Below, one piece after another: positions 1-11,900 of a DNA stretch of 64,000 nt. The position numbers were made by a program, and so were the translations under genes. The stretch is from Octopus sinensis (lineage: Eukaryota): assembly GCF_006345805.1 (NCBI RefSeq), contig NC_043001.1:30442001-30506000 (forward strand), written 5' to 3'. How positions within the stretch are numbered: position 1 is the first letter of the stretch; each line of letters begins with the position of its first letter. The notes under the pieces were generated by a model. The model was not told the DNA's origin. It saw nothing but the letters and a program-made list of their open reading frames with translations, and searched no databases.

Positions 1-483
1 CAGTGTGTGTGCATGCATATACACACATGCATACACATGCCACACACACACTAAAATTACTGTTTGGTCAAAATTTTAACTTCCCAATCATATGGTTTGG
101 GGTTTAGTCCCCTTATATGAAACCTTGGCCAAGAGTCTTCTATTATAGCCCCAGGCCAACCAAAGCCTTGTTAATAGATTTGATAGATGCAAACAAAGAA
201 ACCTGTCATAGATGTCTATGTGTTGTACATTTGTATCTCCTGGTTTTCTATATCGCTCATAAACTAATAAAAAAAGTTGCAAACTTCCATACAAGTATTG
301 GCCTTTGTTTTCAGTCTTATATGAAAACATATTCAGACATGGGAAAATATTACTTTTCTTGGAAACATGTGGGTTGGTGGCAACAAGGACATCTGGCTGT
401 TGAAAATTTGCCTCAGCAAATTCCATTTGACTCATGCAAGCATAGAAAAGTAGATATTAAAATGATGATAATGATGTTGATAC

Positions 484-1040
484 ACCATATTTTAACGTGT
501 ATAAGGAACCATTTTTTTTTTGTCAAAAATGAGGTTAAAAAAAAATATGGGTGTTACTTATATATGGATAGTAAGAGTGGCTGTGTGGTAAGTAGCTTGC
601 TACCTAACCACATGGTTCTGGGTTCAGTTCCACTGCGTGGCACCTTGGCCAAGTGTCTTCTACTATAGCCTTGGGCTGACCAAAGCTTTGTGAATGGATT
701 TGGTAGACAGAAACTGAAAGAACCCCGTCATATATATGTATATATATGTATATTTGTGTGTCTGTGTTTGTCCCCCCAACATTGCTTGACAACCGATGCT
801 GGTGTGTTTACGTCCCTGTAACTTAGCGGTTCGGCAAAAGAGACCGATAGAATAAGTACTAGGCTTACAAAGAATAAGTCCTGGGGGTCGATTTGCTCTA
901 CTAAAGGCGGTGCTCCAGCATGGCCACAGTCAAATGACTGAAACAAGTAAAAGAGTATTATAATCCCTTACAAAACTTTTTTTTACCAAATTTTAAGCCC
1001 CCAAAATTAGGGGGCTCCTTATACATGTTAAAATATGGTA
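484..1040. mobile_element. Tc1/mariner-pogo-like MITE interrupted by SINE A
   Basis: TIR accatattttaacgtgtataagga..ccttatacatgttaaaatatggta; uninterrupted paralog at 3228-3393. Confidence 0.75.
574..956 (+). mobile_element. tRNA-headed SINE family A (nested in a MITE)
   Basis: Pol III A/B-box-like head, ccttggccaagtgtcttc core, internal (TA/TG)n, gaaacaagtaaaagag tail; many copies in window. Confidence 0.85.
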
Positions 1041-1060
1041 TATATATATATATATATATA

Positions 1061-1274
1061 TCATCATCATCATCATCATCGTTTAACGTCCGTTCTCCAT
1101 GCTAGTATGGGTTGGACAGTTCGATCGGGGATCTGGGAAGCCAGAAGGCTGCACCAGGCTCCAGTCTTATCTGGCAATGTTTCTACAGCTGGATGCCCTT
1201 CCTAACGCCAACCACTCCGTGAGTGTAGTGGGTGCTTTTTACGTGCCACCTGCACAGGTGCCAGGCGAGGCTGG

Positions 1275-1306
<32 letters not shown>

Positions 1307-1519
1307 CATCATCATCATCATCATCGTTTAACGTCCGTTCTCCATGCTAGTATGGGTTGGACAGTTCGATCGGGGATCTGGGAAGCCAGAAGGCTGCACC
1401 AGGCTCCAGTCTTATCTGGCAATGTTTCTACAGCTGGATGCCCTTCCTAACGCCAACCACTCCGTGAGTGTAGTGGGTGCTTTTTACGTGCCACCTGCAC
1501 AGGTGCCAGGCGAGGCTGG

Positions 1520-1523
<4 letters not shown>
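1061..1523 (-). mobile_element. Two identical tandem copies of the RTE-type 3' module (245-bp period)
   Basis: 1061-1278 and 1306-1523 read identical, separated by (TA)n. Confidence 0.9.
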
Positions 1524-1576
<53 letters not shown>

Positions 1577-1670
1577 TACATATATATATATATGCTTTAT
1601 TTCTTGTTCATTTATTATACTGATTATATATTTTCCTTTTTTCTTCCTTTTCATTGTTTTTATATTTTAG

Positions 1671-2085
1671 ATTTAACTGTTGAAATAAATTCTGCAAAAA
1701 CATCTTTAAACACAAACGGTAACTGTAAATTAGATGAGCAGAACAACTTGCCACATGACAGTGAAACAAAGAACAGCATACAAGATGTTTCAGCTGAGAA
1801 CAATACCTTAACTGATGTGCCTAATAAAACAACGAAAATTCAAAGTTGCAAAGAAGAAACACAGGAAAATTCTGAAGTTTCTACTCCAGTCACTAATGGT
1901 TTCACTTCTAATTCAAATAATGTCCACATTAGTCAAGCTTCCTTCTCGTCATCATCTCTACTCATTGGTATTGGTTTTGGTAGTCTTATATTCTTAACAG
2001 GCTGGACATTTGGTGAAGTGTCTTTGATATGTCGGTGGGTCGTTGAGGGTTATCCACTTCATGGTCCTTTGCCACAATTTTGGGG
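1671..2085 (+). CDS. CWH43: CWH43 exon (first in window)
   Basis: tatattttag|AT acceptor; ...[43 protein letters not shown]; GG|gtaagt donor. Confidence 0.9.
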
Positions 2086-5000
2086 GTAAGTCTCTTAACG
2101 TTTCTTTCTACTGAATGACTTTGACTTGGTAAATAAACCAATATTTGGATCGATCAGTTGTTTTTCCTCTTAGCTACTGAGCAAGCAATCCAGTATATTC
2201 AAAATAACATATAAAAGGATGCTAGCTACAAATACATATTTGTGTGTGTGGTATATATGTTTCTTTCAAAATCAGTGGACATAAAGTTTTTAATGTTTTT
2301 GACTGGCACGTAAAAAGCACCATGGGTTCCAGTTACATGACACCAGCATCAACCACAACTACAATTTCACTTGGCTTGATTGGTCTTCTCTAGGACTCGT
2401 ATTGTCAAAGGTCTCGGTCACTAGTCATTGCCTCTGTGAGGCCCAATGTTCAAAGATCATGCTTCACCACCTCATCCCATGGCTTCCTGGATCTACCTCT
2501 TCCACAGGTTTCCTCCACAGTTAGAGATTGGCACTTCTTTACACAGCTATCCTTGTCCATACGCATCGCATGACCATACCAGCGCAGATGTCTCTCTTTC
2601 ATACCACATCTTATAATAATAAGTGGTATTATATTGGCTCAGTGGTTAGAGGTCATGAGTTCGAAACCTGGACCGGGCTGCGTGTTGTGTTCTTGAGCAA
2701 GACACTTTATTTCACGTTGCTCCAGTTCACTCAGCTGTAGAAATGAGTTGTGACATCACAGGTGCCAAGTTGTATCTGCTGTTGCCTTTCCCTTGGATAA
2801 CACTGGTAGCGTGAAGAGGGGAGGCCGGTATGCATGGGTGACTGCTGGTCTTCCATAAACAACCTTGCCCGGACTTGTGCCTGGGAGGGTAACTTTCTAG
2901 GTGCAATCCCACGGTCAGTCATGACCGAAGGGGGTCTCAATATATTGGGGTTGAAAGACGTGTACAATATTAAATATGTTAAGACAATCTGAAAACAATA
3001 GAAACTTTTAAACGTTTACCTGTTTTTATGAAATTTTTGGGTTAACAGACTTGAGTTAATGGAAGCTAAATGTAACAGAAGTTAATTAGCCTGATAATGA
3101 TTAATAAAGTTAACTTGAAAGTTAAATCATTAATGAAAATGTTAACTTCATTAATTAATGATTAACAGATTAATGGACTTATGCCCAGCTCTGTATATGT
3201 ATGTATGTATGTATGTATCTATGTACGTACTATATTTTAATGTGTACAAAGAATCATTTTTGTCAAAAATTAGGTTTAAAAAAATATGGCTGTTGCTTAT
3301 ACATGGATAGCATTATAATCCCTTACAAAACCTTTTTTCCAAATTTTAAGCCCCAAAACTTAGAGGGTTCCTTATACACGTTAAAATGTGGTATCAGACA
3401 CAGAAGTCTGGTAGGGGCTCCTGCATGGCCACCTCTTGTCAAACTGTCCAGTCAATACCAGCATGGAAGGAGGACATTAAATGATGATGATGGTGTATGT
3501 ATATCATCATCTTTGTCATCATCAGATGATATCTGTTGTCCATGGGTTGGACAGTTTGACCAGGGCTGGTAATCTGAGGGGCTGCACCAGACTCCAGTCT
3601 GATTTGTCATGGTTTCTACAGCTGGATGCCCTTCCTCACACCAACCACTCTGAGAGTGTAATGGGTGCTTTTACATATGCCAGTTGTGTGACACCTGTAT
3701 CTGCTGTGGCTATTATTTCATTTGGCTTAATGGGTCTTCTCAAGCATGGCATAATGCCAAAGGTCTTGGTCATTTGTCATTGCCTCTGTGAGACCCAACA
3801 TTCAGAAGGTGCTTTTTATGTGCCATCAGCATCGACCACAACTACAATTTCACTTGGCTTGATAGGTCTTCTCTAGGACTCGTATTGTCCCACATCACAA
3901 GTTTCCATGGCACACTTGTCTTGCAAACTGAAGCACTTCAAGCCATTGATTTTCATGCTGTAGAACATTGGCAAACATCTCCCTTTCTGCTTCATCCCTG
4001 GCTAAGTATACTTGCTTCCTAGTTTCCCTTCTAGCTGCCTGGTATAGCTCCTTGCTACCACTACCCTTCCAGTTCTCCCAAGCCTGTTTCTTTGCTCTAA
4101 TGGCCCTGTCAACTACATTGTTTCACCAGCATGTCACCATAGGTCGTGTCGGGACTTTGCATCACCCACAAATTTGATCTGTGACTCTCATTAAGTTGTC
4201 TCATAGGAACTTTCAGTCACCCTCTATGTTGCAAGTCTGTAATTCCTCCTCCTTTTCATCAAATGCTTCAGTTAGGAAGTCCCTAAATCTCTGACTTTTC
4301 AAATGATCCTTAAGCTTTTAGATACTTCTTTTTCTGAACTATCTTGCTTCTTGGAATCCTTCATGCCTGCAGTTTGGAGTCACTAATGAGTAACCTATGC
4401 TAAGGGATACACTCTTCACCAGAGAAGGACTTTGCATTTATGAGCAACCATGAATCCCACTTTCTGGTTAGAATGTAGTTGATCTGGCTAGCATGGTCAG
4501 TGGATTTATAGGTTACCAAATGATGGAATAAGTACTAAGATTGATACATTCGGCTAAAAATTCTTCAAGACAGTGCCCCAGTATAGCTGCAGTCTAATAA
4601 CTGAAACATGTAAAGATTAAAAGATAAAGATATATGAATGTACAAGAAACAATTTGTAAAATAGATGGCATTAGAAAGGATATTCAGCCACAGAAACACT
4701 GTTAAAATTAAGTAAAATGTGGTTCTCTGGTTGGTTGGATTCTGTCACATTAGCATGGAAAATAGTCATAAAAATGATGTGCACATGTGTGTCGTGTATA
4801 ATATAGTAGTTGGAAAACTGATTGCCCATAAAATTGACTAAACCAGTTGCTAAATTCTTTTGTTCATTGCCAACAAAGAGAATTTAAAACTTTCTTTTTC
4901 TGCAGTAGACAGTTTATATAACCTTATCAACATTTTATGTTAAATTCAAGTTTGAAAATATGCTATAGATTTTTAAAAATTTCATTATTTTATTAACTAT

Positions 5001-7287
5001 TCTCTCTTTATGTAATTTTTTTCAGGTGTCCAGTTCTTTTGTTACTTGGAGTGGGTGTCTGCTTGTCCAGGCAGCATTTTACGAAACACTTTGCCTGGTG
5101 GCTTTTGGGTGTATTGAGTCTTTTTCTACTTTATTATTTAAAGACATGGGTAGCCTATGCAAGTAAGTGTAACTTTGTAAATAATGAAGTATTATAAACA
5201 CACACACACACACACACACGCATACTTGAAAAACAGGTGAGGGTTGTTGACAAGAAGTGTATTCAGCTATAAAAACCCTACCTCAAATTTAATTCTTCTT
5301 AGGTCACACTAGCATGGAAAGAAAATTATATGTTAAATGAAAGAAATATATTTTTGGAGGGTGGAAATAAACATTAAAAGTTTGAGTGTGTTTACAAAGT
5401 AGTTAGGCAACTATGTATTGGATTTAGTGGTTAAGAAACTTGGTTGTGTGGTTAAGAAGCTCATTTTGCTAGCACATGAATTTGGTTTCAGTCCCACTGT
5501 GCAGCACCTTGGGCAAGTGTCATCTATTCTAGCTCTGGACAGGCCAATACTTTATGAATGAATTTGGTAGATGGAAACTGTATAGAAGCCTGTCATGTGT
5601 GTGTGTATGTCTTTGTGTCTGTTTATCCCCTCCCCACTAATAGACAACCAATGTTGTTTTATTTACGCCCCCATAATTTAGTGGTTCAGCAAAAGAAACC
5701 AATGGGGTTGATTTGTTCAACTCAAACCCTTCAAAGCAGTTTCTCCTGCATGGCTGCAGTCCAATGACTGAAACAAACAAAAGATAAACAATACAACAAT
5801 CCAAGTTGATGCAGTGATAGACTTCTAATGAAGGATTCAGTGGCTCTTATTCCATTGCGCACAATACTGCAAATACTCTTAACTTCCCATGACTGACTTC
5901 ATCAGGCTGTAAATCTATTATATAAAATCTGTTCTGTCTGTCTGTGTGTGTGTCTTCTAGGATCTCGGGCATCCTCCATCCGATTGGGCTCAAATTTGAT
6001 ATGTAGATACCGATGGTATCAGGGCGTGTATAAGTTTTGAAAAAATTACAAAAATCGATTCCAGGTGAGAATGCGATCGATAAAGCTGTGGGAACGTGCA
6101 TTTGTACGTGCAAGTACATCAGCTGTTGTGATCGATATTACACGTACGCGAGAAAAATGCACATGCAGTTGTTGTTTTTGTACTGCTTAAAGGCACGTTT
6201 CTTTCCTGCCAAGCTTACTGTTTAAACCATGTTTGTGTTCTCCCAGTCAACAGCCTCATCATTACTGGTACTTTAAACTCTTTGGTTGCATACTTGTGTG
6301 AATAAAATCGTTTTTCTTTGGAATAGAAAACAAGTCTATCTTTATTTCTTCTTTTGCTGGTGTCTCAAATTTAGGTTAAATCTGTGTTTCTCAAAGGGGA
6401 GGCCTATGGGATAGTCGGACAAGTTGTTTTGAGAAAATTTGATTCAAATGTTTGACAACTCAGCACCGTCCATTGGATGGGGAGGGGGGCGTTTTGCTTG
6501 TAGTTACTATAGCTAGTATGTGGATCAAAAATTTAAAATAAAACAACAAAAGTCAAAAGGATACATACATGGAATGTTTTAACTTGAGGCTCAGCATAGA
6601 TGGAAAAAAACAGTGGGTGTATAACATTTCAAGCATGGCTCTTTGTCAGAAAGAGGAGAGAGAGAGGAAGGGTACAAAGAATGAAAAAGAGTCCAACAAA
6701 AGCATGACTGTGGTTATACCAAGAGGTGTAGGGCATGGAAGAAAAAGAAGAAAAGAGAAGTAAACTAATGTGAAGCTAAGTGAAAGAGTCCCGAACAAAT
6801 TGAAATTGATTCACAATCAAAAGTGGTAACTATTTATAGCTAACAGGCAACATTTACATGCATGTGCACACACACACTCACGCATGACTGGCTTCCTATA
6901 GTTTCTGCCAACCACATTCACTGAATTTGATTTCAAGGCATTGATCAACCAAGAGCTATAGTAGAAGTCATTATTTGTCCAAACTGCTGTTGAAATGAAT
7001 CTAAAACAATTTGGTTACAATGTGTAGCATGCATATTGGTGCAGACATGTAAAATAAATGAATTTTGTAATGAAATTATTATTGCATAACGAAGGCTGTG
7101 AAACAACTGAACTGTGATCATATGGATATCAAGTGATTAAATAAATATATTCACCTCTCATACCTCCTGACTTTTTTGGCAATTTTTTTTTGTCCGTCTT
7201 CCTTTTCTTTTGGACTTTCCTCCGTCTCCTGTTTCTGATGTAATATATATACATGTGTGTGTGTGCGCGCGCGCGCGCGTATATATA

Positions 7288-7320
<33 letters not shown>

Positions 7321-8608
7321 TTAGTAGCTAATAATAGATTGAATGAAACTTAATAAGAAACATTTCGATTTAATTAAAGAACTAAAACTACTAGATAGAA
7401 CTGAACCATATGCCCCTAAAATCCCACACTTCACATTTAAGGACCATAAAGCTAACTTGGAGAGCAAACCAACGGTTAGGTTAACCTGTCCAACCAATCG
7501 GATTTGGGCAGAATTAGTAAATCTATCATCGGCAGAATTATCCCTCATATTAAAAGGAATATGAACTCCCACTTTGGGAGATGTCATAACTTGGTTCTGC
7601 TCTTTAAATAACAAAAAGAAAACCTGCTTTATTCAATTTGACATTAGTAATTACTACCAGTCCATTAAATCTGATTTACTAGACAAAGCAATTAAATTAG
7701 CAGAGAAATTTACTAGTATCATGCTTTTGAAGAAAAATATCATATTTACCACAAGGAAAACACTCATTTCCTTCAAAAATAGGACATGGACCCGATCTGA
7801 CCTTCACGACAACTATGATGTTACAATGGGAAATTCAGATTCTGCCCAGGTTACAGATATTGTTGGACTATTTCTAATCTCTAAAATTAGGGAAGAATTC
7901 CCTAATAGTGGAGGCCTATATAGAGATGATGCTTTATTCACCATATCTGAATCCTCCACACAAGCAACTGATAGGATTAGGAAAAAAATTGATAAAATTT
8001 TTTTAAACTATACAAATTAGATATCATATTTGAAAATGTCTCTAAATGTGTTAACATATTAGATGTAACTCTAAATTTGGATAATAGCTTATTCTGTCCC
8101 TATCATAAGCCTAACAAAACTATTACATATATCCACGCCTTATCAAATCATCCCTAAAGTGTCATTAGGGGAATAATTAAAGTGTGTTGATAAGAATTTC
8201 TAATTTATCCACAAGTGAAAAAATATTTAACAAGTTTGCAACCCTTTATAATACAGCACTAAAAGACTGGACAGTTAGACTGAAGACTGGTGAGACAGAA
8301 GGCTGCACCAGGCTCAAATCTGATCTGGCAAAGTATCTACAGCTGGATGCCTTTCCTAACACCAATCACTCCGAGAGTGCAGTGGGTGCTTTTACGTGCA
8401 TCTGGCACAAGGGCCAGTCAGGTGGTACTGGCAATGACCATGCTCAAAAGTTGTTTTTTATGTATTAACTGCATGGGAGCTAGTCCGGCAGCACTGGCAA
8501 CGATCACGCTCGAATGGTGCTTTTTACGTGTCACCAGCATGGGAGACAATCAGCAGCTCTAGCAACGATGACAGGGGGTACTGTCATCGGATAATGATGA
8601 TGATGATG

Positions 8609-8644
<36 letters not shown>

Positions 8645-8683
8645 ATATATATGTGTATATATATATGTATATATATTTATATA

Positions 8684-8725
<42 letters not shown>

Positions 8726-8922
8726 GTGTGTATATATATATGTTATATATATATATATATGTGTATATATATATGTATATATATATGTGTATATATATAT
8801 GTATATATATATGTGTATATATATATGTATATATATTTATATATATATGTGTTATATATATGTATATATATATATATGTATATATATATGTATATATATA
8901 TATGTATATATATGTATATATA

Positions 8923-8967
<45 letters not shown>

Positions 8968-11900
8968 ATATGTGTATATATATGTGTATATTGTTGTATT
9001 TGGTGACGGTCATGTGCCAGTTTAACCAATAAAAACACATGCACTATATATTTGATGTTCACTTGCTTCAGCTTTATTTTATATTAATCCTATTTCAGCC
9101 AGAGTTCTTTCGTCACACTTCTGTGACCTCATCAGTGGTCCTTTGCTTTCTTCTTTTTTGTGTGTGTCTTTCCTTACTATTGATCAGCCATTTTGTATTC
9201 CTATTGTATGTCTTTATATCAATGTATATATATATATATATATTATATGTGTGTGTGTGTATGTATGTATATAGATATGTGTGTGTGTGTGCATATATGT
9301 ATGTATATTGTAATTTCTTTTGTATTAATTTTCAGGTGGCTTATTTTTAGCTGTTTTTACACTTTCTATTTGGCCGCATATGGTCAGTCGAGCAATTCAG
9401 TGTCCACCAGGAAGAACTATGTTTGTGTGTATGTTAACTTGGATAATTGAAACTCTTTTCTTTGTGTGGACTGTTGCCTACAACTTTGTACCCGGTGGTG
9501 TGTATACCCGTGAGCACACGGACTACCTCATTTCTTTCATTGCTGTAACTCTACTCTCAGGATATTTTACAGGTAAATTGCTCCACATTTTCATCTCCTA
9601 GAAGATTTTTACATGGATTTTATTAACTATTATTTCAGGTGTCCCACAACCTATAACTTTATAGCTTATTACTATATAAATTTCTTTACTACCCACAAGG
9701 GGCTACACACAGAGGGGACAAACAAGGACAGACAAACGGATTAAGTCGATTATATCGACCCCAGTGCATAACTGGTACTTATTTAATCGACCCCGAAAGG
9801 ATGAAAGGCAAAGTCGACCTCGGCGGAATTCGAACTCAGAACGTAGCGGCAGATGAAATACTGCTAAGCATTTCGGCCGGCGTGCTAACGATTCTGCCAG
9901 CTCGCCGCCTATTACTATATAAGCTGAGAATTTGAAAGTGCACCCATGCTGGTGCTGTGTAAACGCACCTGTACCGGTGGCACATGCAAAGCATCCAGCA
10001 CATTCTGTTAAGTGGTTGGCATTAGAAAGAGCACCTGGCTGTAGAAACCATGCTACAATAGACAATTGGAACCTGGACAGCTTTTTGCTAGCCACCTCCA
10101 TGTCAAACTGTCCAACCCATGCCAGCATGGAAAGCGGATGTTAAACGATGATGATGATGGCCTTCATCCTCTTCATACACTGTCCCTGCCTCTCTCTTGT
10201 CTCCATCTACCCCTGTGTCCTACCCAACAGCATATCATCTTTCTTTTGTCCTGTTTACACCATCAGTCTTTCTGTTCTATTGCTCTGCACTATTAGACCT
10301 CCCCTACTCCCCTCAGTCACTCTCTGCACCCCTCCCCCACTTGTTCCTTTCCACCTTGTACCTTGAAGGTCCACTCTGATACCTCACCACCCTTTTTATA
10401 TCACTTTGGTGCTCTCTCCTGCATCTCTTCTGGGATGTCACTGGTCATGTAGCTCCTCTACAGCAAGAAACCTGTTCTGCTCCAGCCTTTTCCGCTCATA
10501 CTTTACCCCTCCCTATTCTTAGTCTCCTAGCATAAAGCCCCTACACGATTCCCATTCAGGGGTCATAATCTTGCAAGCTGCATGAACCTTACAAGTGTTG
10601 GTGGCAGAGGGAAAAAAGAAGAAAAATACCCAGTACCTAAACATTCCCAGCATGGAAGACGGACATGTAATAATCATGATGATGATGAAGAGGTGGAGGA
10701 GGAGTTGGAGGAGTTACTTCCAATTTTTTATGATTTTATTACTTAATTTCAGTGTTTAACATTTTAAAACTTTTAATGATTATTTTTGTTTTTCAATTTA
10801 AAAGAAAATATTTTTCTTGTAGTTATCATCAAATAAAAGTTTGCAATTAGTATTGTAATGTTTTTTTGTTGTTTATAATACAGTCTTTTGAATTTGGTAA
10901 ATATAGTGGCAATACCAACTGAAATTATTTCAGCTGGTACAGGATAAAGTATGCTGAAGAAATTGTGATAAATAAGTTTAAAACCTTCATATAAAGGAAA
11001 AAGTTTTCTCCACTAAATTGTATAAAGATGTATTGCAGTGTTGCTTTCTCTAAAATTGTTTTCAAAGAAAGTTGTTGTTATTTCTTTTTGGTTCGATTGG
11101 TGTTTCTTTTTATTTTTGAATTTTAATTCTAAATTTACAAAACATTTCAAATTAAAATAGACAAAAAATGTTTTTTGTTATCCTATTAAATTTATATGTA
11201 CTATAACTGTGTTATGAAGGTTCAGATCACACATGCATGAGTTCAAATCTTAGGACAACAACCATTATATTGTATTTAGTTAGTTCTGTTTGCTTTGTCT
11301 TTCATTAACTGGTAGTTAGTTGTAAGAAAGGGATTCAACAGTAAAATCAGTAGAAACATTTTGTGAAAGATGAAATTTGTAAAAACTTTGATTAAAAGAG
11401 AGAAAAAAAATACAATGATTGTAAAATAATCTCCAAAAGAAAATCTTAGAACTTATTTTAATCTATTTCTTCAGGTGCTGGTGCTAAATACCCTTCTGAT
11501 GCCTTTATTCACATGGATTCAAAAATGTGGAATGAAATTAAAAAAGGTAGGCCTGAAACCTGGTTCTACTATTCCAAACAAATAAAGTTTTACGTTTATT
11601 TTTTTTATAGTTAACACACCATTTTCAGAGACATTAATACAATAATTAGTTAGTTTAATAGGCCTTCATATATATTTACATTTTCTTTGTTTATATCTTT
11701 TTACAATGCTTTACATTATTATTTAGTATGATCAGGATTGATAATGTTTGTGGGCACAAGCACCTACAAAGCTGAGGGTTTTAGAACAACAGCCATGTGG
11801 TCAAACTCTTTATTGACCTGGTTAATCACCTTAATTAACAGTGTCTTTACTAATTCATCTTTTTCGGAACCTGTTTCTCATAATTCAGTAAATTTCTTAT

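Noticed and set aside
88-668. ORFs 88..435 and 117..668
   Set aside because: Run through SINE, RTE-tail and MITE sequence.
8528-9062. Four long I/Y/C/V-rich ORFs
   Set aside because: Translations of the (TA)n array; TA/TG repeats lack stops in some frames.
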